DNA from: Rotaria socialis
Lineage: Eukaryota
Direction of reading: 5' to 3'
DNA length: 20,000 bases
Assembly (NCBI GenBank): GCA_905331295.1
Contig: CAJNYD010000065.1
Coordinates: 174,709-194,708, forward strand
The position numbers and the translations under genes were made by a program. Under the pieces are notes generated by a model. The model ran no database searches. It saw nothing but the letters and a program-made list of their open reading frames with translations, and was not told the origin of the DNA. Positions 10,469-20,000 of the stretch are shown piece by piece (the stretch's first letter is position 1; the number at the start of each line of letters is the position of its first letter).

Positions 10469-12740
10469 CAATCTAATAGAGTATTCATTGAAACATTATC
10501 AATATAAAAAATACAGCTGACATAGTTCGATTTTTTGTTTAATTAAAAGAAATCTTAAAGAAATTTTTCTTTTCTTTTTTTTCTTGTTGACAACCAACTA
10601 TGGCGTCGTAAAAAACAAAAAAAAATTTTTTTACTCCTTCTTTTTAAACAAATATTCCTAATTGAAAAAAAATATTAATCTGTCTCGAAGACATCTGTTC
10701 ATGAGAATAAAAAAAAAGAGCGAAAAGCTAAGGTCAAAATGCGGTCATCGACATAACTACTCACAATTAATCAATCATATTAATTATTAGAAATGCATCA
10801 ATGTTTCCATAATGATTGATTCAGAAACAAAGAGAAATACACATTTGACTTGTTACTAATGTTGAAGTTGATGTTGTTGCTTGATAGAAGGTGAGAATGA
10901 ATAAATGTGAAATATATGCGATAAAAAAGTCGGGGAGAAGAGACGAAGAAAAAAAGAAACTGTTCGTGCTTGTCCTTTTCTTTCTCGGTCGATTTCTTTG
11001 GCATCCTATTCAAATACGAAGTCAATAACATAAAGAACATGCTCACCATCAACGTCTATAGACTTTTAAACAACAACAAAAACATCGCTGTCAATAACAA
11101 CCTAACAATTCTCAGTCATTTTTTTTGTTTGAAGAAGAAAAAAGACTTCCACATCTTTTCAAAGATGCAATTAAACTGAAAAGAGTTTCATATTTTCTTT
11201 TCTTGACACTGATAAAAAAAACATCAACCTTCACTAGCGAGTCGACAATGTTTGTCAAGGGAGAGAAAAAGGGGGAGGAGAAGGAGGAGACGAAAAGTGA
11301 TCATTCTCAAACAAATTATTGACGAAGATTATTTAAAAATAGTACCAAAACAATATTCGACTGATTTTACTTGGAAAAGCCGTAAAACGATTCGAAAGTA
11401 GAACTTAATCATTAATTAGACGGTGTTTAATTCCGAAATTTGTTATAGTTAAACTTTTTGTAAATGTTTTCAACAATTGAAATAGGTTTTTGATTTAATG
11501 GAAGATATTTTTTCTTAGAAAAAGAAAAAAAAACTAAAATGACCGACAAATGTTAAATTATTTCAATGTTGTGTTCAATTAAGAGAATTTAAGTAATTAC
11601 AATGAATTATTGTGATAAAAATGAAAGCTTCATTTTTTTTATTTATTCTTATTTTCAGTGTCTAATAAATCTTTATTTTACGATTTTTAAACAAGTTTCT
11701 CTTTAATTATTTGAAAATTAGAATAAATTAAAAATTATGTTCTCAATGAAATTTATCGAAAGAATAAAACGAGAAGTTTTCCATGAAGTATTTTCATTTT
11801 ATTAAATATTTCAATGAATTCTAATTTAAGATTAAATCTATATGTAATTCATTTTTACAATAGAAATATGATTTTCTTTAGATGATTATTTTTCATTAAT
11901 AGATTATTTTTCTAAAAATCAAGCAAACATTTATTTTCAGTTTGTAAAAAGTCGACAATAAATTTAATTTAGAATTCATTTTGTTCTCATAATATCCTAT
12001 TAACAATCTGGTACAATCATATGTTTATTCCTTGACTCATCGACATTTGTATACTCATTCCCTGACACATTCTCTCTACGTTCTCCTCTTTCTTCAATGA
12101 TAAAGTTAGTTCAATCGTTATGGTACTTATTCGTTATTAATGTCAGAAAGGCACAGGGATCCCTAACACAACCAATAAAATATATCGATAAATTCATTTT
12201 TATGAAATTCGATTAAAATGTTCGATTTTTAAAATTTGATCCAAAGTTTCTTCTTTATAGGATTTATTTCGTATTTAATGTAGAAAGAAAATTTGCTAAA
12301 ATACATATATTGAAACGGAAAATAAAATGTTTGATAGTATTATGAATGAGTTTTACTTGGATTTGATCGAATCACTATGATATCATCATGAACTGAACCA
12401 TTTAAATAATAATTAATTCGAATCGAGTAGTTAAATGTTTCGAATAAAATGACATAGAAATTGATACATATAAAACAAAGTTCATCAGATGTTAAGACTA
12501 ATTGATGGGCTCAAATTTTTTATTCATCTATTAAATATTTTTTTGGTAATCGTTTAAAACGAGTCAACAAAAATTAAAATCTTACAACATTGACAGCAAT
12601 AAGTTACAACGAGTTTCTATTTAGAAGACAGAATATTTAAGAAGACTCAATCTTGTTCAAAAAAATAAAGTTATTATATTTGACTAGACTATTTTTATTT
12701 GGAATACATACATATAATCTATCGAACTATTGGACTATTT

Positions 12741-12847
12741 CAGAGATGTTCATGACGGCATCCTAACGGCAAATTTTTCCAAAGACCACCGCAGTACGGT
12801 ACCCACGAAAAGCTTTTTTTAAAGAAAAAAGGCGGTTTGCCCACTTG
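12741..12847. mobile_element. Possible degenerate hAT-type MITE remnant
   Basis: GC-richer island. It begins CAGAGATGTTCATGACGGC and ends GGCGGTTTGCCCACTTG (reverse complement CAAGTGGGCAAACCGCC), with internal ACGGC/ACCGC/ACGGT motifs. TIR match is poor and no 8-bp TSD is visible. Confidence 0.3.
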
Positions 12848-13688
12848 TAACTGACGTTTCGAAAATAGAGACTATTACCAATTGAAATCGTGCTGAGTTT
12901 TAATTTAGTTGCAAAATAATCTCAAGTCGTTTGAAATTCATCTATTAATTATCATTTTTCTTTTGAATCTGTATAACAGAAGATACTCGATCTAGCATAA
13001 TGAAAGAGTGTATATAATTCATATTGATCGTTTTGTGATAGAAATTCAGGGCATTAATCGACAAAAATTACCACTGATTTTAGTTACGTTTTAACTCTGC
13101 TTTTGTTGATGAGCAACTTAAAGTGAAACTATAAAAAAATGTATTACTTCTTTAATAAATTAATTAAAATGGAAGATCTATAATGCAGACTATTTCAAGA
13201 GAGTTGATTCATATCGTAGAAGGTTCATTCTATATAATATAAGCGAGCCACAAAAACCAAATAAAATTTTTGTTACGATGCTTTCAAAAGCCGTGCTCAT
13301 CACATACGTAATATATGTAAATTCTGCAAGGGTATTTTCCGGAAACTAGAGCTAGAGAGAGCTCATTACACTGCACCAGAAGGTTACCATACCTGTGATT
13401 AACGCGGGTTTTCGAAAAAAAATTTCCACCTTTAGCTTTCGTTTTATACTCGTCCCATCGCAATGGCGATGAACTCAGTCACGATGTAAATCTCTGAAAT
13501 TATTGTAATTTGACGATTTTGTGTTCTGAAAAGAATAATGTTGATAAAATAGTGTCCTCTATCGTTAGTTTTATGTTGAATTTATCTGATTAGATGAAGT
13601 AAAGAATAGTTCATTGCAATATTCTTTTGAAATTTTCCTTTCGCTTTGTCTGCTTCAATTGAATAATTAATTAAAAAATAACAGGAGA

Positions 13689-16138
13689 ATGTCGCAAAAA
13701 ATTCGTCGAGAACATGAAGATGATGATAGAAATAATGATCGTCACAGAAATCAATCTGATCATGCCCATAGTTCTTCTTCAACAACATCGAAACGAATTC
13801 GTCGAGATGAAGAACACGTTGAAAAAGAATTAATTAGTGAATTTTCATCAAATTCAGTTGATGAGTTAAATACAAAAGAAAAAATTCAAGGTTCAACACA
13901 ATTGGATAATTTCTATGCATCGTTTTTACCATCAAGTCAATATTATGAAAGATCTTATATGCATAGGGATGTTGTTACACATATCATTGTAACAGTAACT
14001 GATTTTTTAATAAGTGGTTCACAAGATGGTCATATTAAATTTTGGAAAATATTAACATCTGATTATATTAAACAACAACAAACAGCAGCAGCAGCAATAC
14101 AATCATCAAAAATAAATGAGGATCAACAAGAAGAAGCCAACACTATATCTTCTCTTCCAATTCAGTTTGTTAAACATTTTCGTGCTCATTTAGGTAAATA
14201 TTCTTTTTCTTATTTTTAGTAGAAAATGATTTTTATTCTCTTCTGAAAATAAATATTAGTTGTTATTGCTCGGCAGAAGATGAAAACCAAGAAGTTTCTG
14301 TTTTACACTATATGCAATCTTATTTAAGATAATTCAATAAATTAAGTTATAATAAGGACAATAGTTTTAATAGAAGAAATTTGTAATATAGGGGGAAAAA
14401 CTATTTCAATTTATTTAAGGTCCAATATTAACGATGTGTGCAAATGTATCCGGAACATTATTATGTTCAACATGTTCTGATCGAACGTTAAAAATGTTTG
14501 ATGTATTATCATTTGATATGATAACAATGGTTAAATTAGATTTTATTCCATTAACTTGTTCATTTGTTGATTCATCACGACAAGCTTTGTCAAGATTAGC
14601 TGTTTCTGATAGTCAATCATCTAAAATCTATATTTATGATGGTCGAACATTAAATATAAAAGAACCGATATCAATATTATCAAATCTCGGTCATGCTTCA
14701 TCAATATCAATAATCTCATATTGTGATAAATATGATATAGCTATATCATGCGATCAATCATCAATTATTAATTATTGGTCACCAACTAATATTGAGAGTT
14801 TACCAAATGAAATTTTATTTAATTCAAAATTAGATACAGATTTATTTGAATTAGTTAAAAGAAAATTAATTCCATTAGCATTAGAATTTAGTCCCAATGG
14901 TCAATTATTTGCTCTGATGGGTAAATCATCAACGGAAAGAAAATTATTTCTTTTCAATACAGTAAAAGGAAAAATAATTAAAATATTTGATGAACATCTT
15001 GATGTTTACAAACAATTACATGAACGTTTACAAATAAAACAACAAGAAAATGAAGAAAAAAAATCAAATATGAATATATTAAATAATGTTGAATATTCAA
15101 GACGGTTAACAATTGAAAAAGATTTAGAAAAAAACTCTTCTATTTATTCATTAATCAATCTTCAATTTGATTCATCAGGAACTTATCTTTTTTATTCAAC
15201 TTTATATGGAATTAAAATGTTAAATTTACGTAATAATTCTATTCGACATTTTTTTGGTACAACTGAAAATGCACGATTTATACGTTTAGCACTTTATCAA
15301 TATAATAAATCATCAAATAATCAAATAAATTCAACTATTCTTTTTACAACTGCTTATAAAAAAAATAGATTTTACTTATTTACAAAAAATAATCCACAAG
15401 GTAAACTATTCGTTTATTGTATTGATTTTTATTTACTATTGAAATGAAAATTTAAACAAAACTAACAGATAAACATTAAATTTCTATGCTATTTGTTTGA
15501 TTTTAGACAATCGAAGTGAACATGAGAATGATCGGGATGTTTATAATGAAAAGCCAACTCGTGAAGAAATTTTAACGGCAACAGAAGAACAAGCTTTATC
15601 ATCATTATCTCAATCAGCAATAATTCATACAACATGTGGTGATATTCACGTTCGTTTATTTCCAGAATATGTTCAAAAAACTTGTGAAAATTTTATTCAA
15701 CATTCAAAACAATCTTATTATAATGGTTGTATATTTCATCGTGTAATTAAACAATTTATGATTCAAACAGGTTTTTCTTTCTTATAAAATATTTTTAGTA
15801 AAAACAGTATTTTCTTTGTTTAATGAATTAAAGGTGATCCATTGGGTAATGGAACAGGTGGTCAATCAATATGGGGAAAAGATTTTCAAGATGAATTTCA
15901 TCCACAATTAAAACATGATCGTCCATATACACTTTCAATGGCAAATGCAGGACCAAATACAAATGGTTCACAATTTTTTATAACTGTTGTTCCATCTCCA
16001 TGGCTTGATAATAAACATACTATTTTTGGAAGAGTTTCAAAAGGAATGGACGTTGTAGAAAAGATCTCTCAAGCTAAAACAGATCGACTTGATAAGCCTT
16101 TAGATGATATTAAAATAATATCAATATCTATTAAATAA
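13689..16138 (+). CDS. PPWD1: Peptidylprolyl isomerase domain and WD repeat-containing protein 1 (spliceosome-associated cyclophilin); exons 13689-14193, 14420-15400, 15507-15770, 15834-16138; 684 aa
   Basis: Motifs [65 protein letters not shown]. Cyclophilin domain: [65 protein letters not shown]. Introns are GT-AG and in phase. Confidence 0.96.
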
Positions 16139-16186
16139 ATAAATATTCATTCTATTTGTGTTTGTTTGTTTGTTTGTTTATTTCAG
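16130..16186 (+). promoter_or_regulatory. Intercistronic processing signals: overlapping poly(A) hexamers, GU-rich tract and 3' splice acceptor directly before the WDR12 ATG
   Basis: ATTAAA 16130-16135; AATAAA 16134-16139 and 16138-16143 (overlapping the PPWD1 stop); (GTTT)5 at 16160-16179; TTTCAG 16181-16186; ATG 16187. Confidence 0.75.
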
Positions 16187-17770
16187 ATGTCTATTCAAGT
16201 TCAATTTATTACAAGATTAGAAAAGTAATTATCATTTTTCGAAGAAAACCTTTTCTATTTGCTTGTTTTTGTTTTAAAGATATTCTGTTCCTGATACAAC
16301 ATTGGTTATTCCTTGTTCATCAACAAATTCTCAATTAGAAGCTATTTTGAAAGGATTATTAAAACCAACAGGTAAGACTGATTTTTTTGTTCATATAAAA
16401 TTTGATATTCTTTTTGTTTTTTGAATATTTAGTATCATCGAATGATTTATCTCGTCTTTCGTTTGATTTTCTATGTTTAAATAAATTAATTCGTTCATCA
16501 TTAGAAGAACATATACGAGAAAAAGATGAATCATTACTTGAATCAATAATTTCAATTGAATATATAGAAAAATTTCAAGGTCCACAACCTGAAGATGTAT
16601 TAATGCACGATGATTGGGTGTCTGCTTGTCGATCATTAGCCGATTCAATTTTAGTTGCTTCTTATGATACAAAAGTTCATTTATGGAATAATCAAGGCGA
16701 ACATATTATTAGTCTTCCAGGACATACAGCTCCTGTTCGATCGCTTGCTTTTATTTATTCTGGTTTGATTATAAAAAAATCTTTCGAAAGTAACTTTTTT
16801 TGTTTTTCTATTTTGTAAGATGACGGTGAACATGAATTTATAAGTGGATCTCATGATCAAACAATATTAATATGGAAATATGATCAAAATAAAAATAATG
16901 TTCAATCATTAATTACTTGCAAAGGACATCAAGGAACTATTGAAACATTAGCTTTACAAAAGTCTGTTTTTTGTTCTGGTTCTTTTGATAAAACAATTAA
17001 ATTATGGGGATTAGGTTTGTTTCTTCTGTTTAGTTCTTATTTTAAATAATTTCTTTTGTTTATAGAAGAAGAAAAAGAAAAATCATCGACAAAAGTAAAA
17101 TTTTTATTAATTGAAAAATGTTTTTATTAATTAAAAGAATGATTTTTTTTAATAAATAGGAATGTCGATTGACAATAAATGCTCATAATGAAAATGTATC
17201 ATCAATTGGCTGGACTTCTACAAATGAACTTGTATCAGGTTCATGGGATCAAACAATTAAACTATGGAATATGGATACAATACAATCAACACAAACTTTT
17301 GTACGGTTTTTTTTTCTACAATAAATATTATTTTATTTTATTTTTAGAAATGCGGAAAAGCTGTTCTTTCGCTTGATATATCACCAGTTAATGGTTTATT
17401 AGTCTGTGGTTTTACTGATCGATTTATTCGCCTTTATGATACACGTCTTCAAGGTTTGTTTGTTTACTTGCAAAGTAAAATATGATCATTTGCTTGTTTC
17501 TTTTCTTCAGAAGGATATGTTCTTCGGTCAACATTTTCATCACATAGTCAATGGGTATCAAGTGTTATGTGGTCAAGAAAATCGGAATATTTATTTGTAT
17601 CTGGTTCATATGATTCATTAGTGAAATTATGGGATACTCGTTCATTGAAAGCTCCTCTATATGATCTTCAAGGACATGAAGATCGTGTTTTATGCGTTGA
17701 TTGGTCAATGGATCAATTAATTCTATCGGGAGGTGCTGATAATTCATTAAAAATGTTTTCATTTAAATAA
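16187..17770 (+). CDS. WDR12: Ribosome biogenesis protein WDR12/YTM1 (NLE domain plus WD40, PeBoW complex); exons 16187-16224, 16280-16371, 16433-16762, 16820-17014, 17066-17094, 17160-17300, 17348-17453, 17511-17770; 396 aa
   Basis: Spliced translation: MSIQVQFITRLEKYSVPD..., FDFLCLNKLIRSSL, IEYIEKFQGPQPEDVLMHDDWVS, SHSQWVSSVMWS, SGSYDSLVKLWDTRSLKAPLYDLQGHEDRVLCVDWS, LSGGADNSL. Seven GT-AG introns, all in phase. Confidence 0.95.
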
Positions 17771-18461
17771 AACAATTGTTTTCCTTTGTTTTTAATTATG
17801 TTAAAAGAGAGACTTTTGTTGTTGTTTTTGTTCATCATCAGTTATAATAAATAAACCGTTAAGAATATGATTCATGAAGAACATTAAGAACTTCTCTGTA
17901 ATTAATATTGAACTAAAATATTGCAATATTTTAATTCTCGAATTTTCAATTTGAACATAATGAAAACGAAATTAATCTATTAAATTTAAATAATCGCAAT
18001 TTTAAATGTTAACATAGAATTTTATTTTAAAATATAAAAATAGGTCAAGAATCTTTTTTATTTGATCTTTAATTTAACTTAAAAACGAATAAAATAATTT
18101 CTTTTTCTTTTTTAAGAAATAAAAATTAGGCATAAAAACTAGAAGATTTCATTTTTAATTGACTTTTTATTCTTGATTAAACTTATTATTAAACTAATTT
18201 ATATTAATTCAATTTCTTTTTTTACTTTTTTTATTCAATTTCTTAAATCAATTATCTAGAAAAAAATGAGTAAAACAATTATTAATTTATTTGTAAATAT
18301 TTTTGTCTCAGTGAGAAAAATCTTTAATAGAATATTTAAATAAGATAAAACTTGCATTTAATTGCTTCATGCTATTTGTTAATTACTATGAAAAAGGTTT
18401 GTATAAAACAATGAAAACAACAGATTAAATTTATTCAATAAAAAGTCAATCTCAAATATCA

Positions 18462-18710
18462 ATGACAGAAGAAAAGTCAAGAAAAACTCTCATATGTTCT
18501 CTTATATGTATTTTATTTTGGCCAATATCAATGATTATCATAGGTATTCGATTTCGAAAGGAATGTCCTGTTCAACCTCAATTATCAATCTATCATATTA
18601 CATTTGGTTAAATTTGGATATTTCTTTTTCTCTTAAATATAATTCGTTCTTATTTATTTCATCGATTTATTAATATTGTATTTATAATCATCTGGTTATT
18701 ACTTTTGTTA
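18462..18710 (+). pseudogene. TMEM272-like multi-pass membrane protein, probably a pseudogene (in-frame TAA at 18609-18611)
   Basis: MTEEKSRKTLICSLICILFWPISMIIIGIRFRKECPVQPQLSIYHITFG*IWIFLFLLNIIRSYLFHRFINIVFIIIWLF. The P-I-S-M-I-x-I-G...C-P-x-Q-P-x-L-x-I-Y pattern resembles TMEM272-family proteins, and hydrophobic segments continue in frame past the stop. Confidence 0.6.
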
Positions 18711-18943
18711 CTTATTATTTTCCGAATATCTGTATATATTTAATATACTTTATATAATGCAAGTATCTAATCATAAAATCTATTCCGATTATTTCTTTTC
18801 GTCTTCAGAGATTTTCCGAAATAGAAGATTTTCCTTTTGATTGCCACAGCAATCAATAATGATTTATTCTTTTTTTAGTTTATAATGAACAAAACACAAA
18901 AAAGTCATAATATAGTGAAGACTGCTTGTGTTCTTGATATTTA

Positions 18944-19510
18944 TCAGGCTGTTAATAAATTTGCCAAATTGCAATCCTAGCATAACAAATAAGAAAGTGT
19001 AATTAATAGAAGAAGATATGCAGTTACACTTACAATCTCTAAATGATTAATTATATCTTGAATGCTTTTTGTTCGTTGGTTGAAGGGTGTTACTTTTTCA
19101 ATAGTAACTGGCACTTTGTACCATTTATGAACAAGTGCATTGGCTGTCTATCAGATAAAATCCGTTATCAAAAGAATAAAAGTTTGTTATTTTGCAATTA
19201 CTTCGGTTGTTACAGCTGTACGATGATAGAGAAGATTAACAAAATCAATAATTTGAATTGCTACATTTGGAGTAATAAATGCTTCCTCTTCTGTTCTAGT
19301 ATTTAAACTTTTGATATAGTCGATGAAAATACCACGTGGAACGGCACGGACTACTATAGGATTGTTTTCTTCGACGACCTAAATATACGATCAAATAAAA
19401 TAAACTGAATTCTATAAAAAAAAAGTTATACGATATACTTCTTCTTCATTATTCAGAGAAGCTAGGTTATTTAATGCTATGTTTTCATCAGAATGATTTT
19501 GTTTACACAT
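18944..19510 (-). CDS. Small spliced hypothetical protein (or remnant of a longer gene); exons 19510-19439, 19378-19202, 19147-19034, 18976-18944; 131 aa
   Basis: Three phase-0 GT-AG introns of 60, 54 and 57 nt join a stop-free frame: MCKQNHSDENIALNNLASLNNEEE|VVEENNPIVVRAVPRGIFIDYIKSL...AVTTE|TANALVHKWYKVPV...INHLEI|DCNLANLLTA*. No family recognised. Confidence 0.65.
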
Positions 19511-19912
19511 CTAATTTGTGCCATCGATGAACGTAGTGTTCGAAAAGTTGATGTATGGTTCGCTATAGATTGTATTTGTTTGAAAATAGCATACAATGCA
19601 TCAGGTCATAGAAAGGTCACGTTCAGAACACACATACTGCTTTTCTTCTTCTCCTTCTTTCCTACTCAGACCATTGTAAACACATCGAACACAGCATTTT
19701 CTTTCAGTTATTCTCTTTTCTTACAATTGGTGATGAATCCAACAGATCGCACAATAATTAATCGAAAATCAATTTGCTGACCCTGGCTATTTCATACGAT
19801 CCTGCTCCTCATCTTTTTTCTCTTATACGTATATAAAAGGAAAACCAACTAATCCGATATCTTACTAAGAGACGATCAAACTCGCATCACTTCTGATAGT
19901 AGTCAAAAGAAA

Positions 19913-20000
19913 CTCAGGTCGAACATTCCGGCTACCGGATCCCGTAGGATACTCCAGGGAATATGCGGGAAAGTCACCATATCCTGCAGGAAAGCACGGG
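19913..20000. mobile_element. Start of a GC-rich MITE-like repeat, truncated by the window edge
   Basis: Abrupt GC increase starting CTCAGGTCGAAC, with short palindromic/iterated motifs (CCGGCTACCGG, ATCCCGTAGGAT, ATCCTGCAGGA, GCGGGAAA). Confidence 0.5.

Noticed and set aside
10798..11322. Three short ORFs upstream of TTLL10
   Set aside because: Low-complexity, mutually overlapping, with no recognisable motifs or consistent splice model; more likely promoter or UTR sequence.
13330..13500. Slightly GC-richer stretch upstream of PPWD1 as an ncRNA or TE
   Set aside because: No tRNA, snRNA or SL-RNA hallmarks or terminal repeats that I can support; probably promoter sequence.
16100..16190. PPWD1-WDR12 fusion protein
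   Set aside because: The cyclophilin domain ends normally at TAA, the spacer is not a multiple-of-three sense linker supported by homology, and I see no suitable donor near the PPWD1 end. Both proteins are complete on their own.
19043..19780. Plus-strand ORFs 19043-19306 and 19493-19780
   Set aside because: Better explained as antisense to the minus-strand spliced model, which has three consistent introns.

Overview
AT-rich eukaryotic DNA with many short GT-AG introns (mostly 49-66 nt). The intron style, the F-box/LRR-like gene family and the transposon types suggest a bdelloid rotifer scaffold (inference). Left part (1-7326): two divergently oriented F-box-family paralogs flank a pile-up of transposon fragments (piggyBac 3' end, Tc1/mariner 5' end, a non-LTR reverse transcriptase with a mutated catalytic motif, a hAT-like end, a 166-bp dimeric repeat) and two assembly gaps. 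Middle and right: TTLL10-like tubulin polyglycylase (minus), then PPWD1 and WDR12/YTM1 (plus), a TMEM272-like pseudogene, a small spliced orphan gene missed by the ORF track, and a probable MITE at the right edge. Most notable: only 48 nt separate the PPWD1 stop codon from the WDR12 ATG. That spacer holds poly(A) signals, a GU-rich tract and an unpaired TTTCAG splice acceptor abutting the ATG, the layout expected of a trans-spliced eukaryotic operon. Second: TTLL10 has an in-frame TAG that is either removed by an atypical 57-nt intron or read through. All exon models were derived by hand and no database searches were run.
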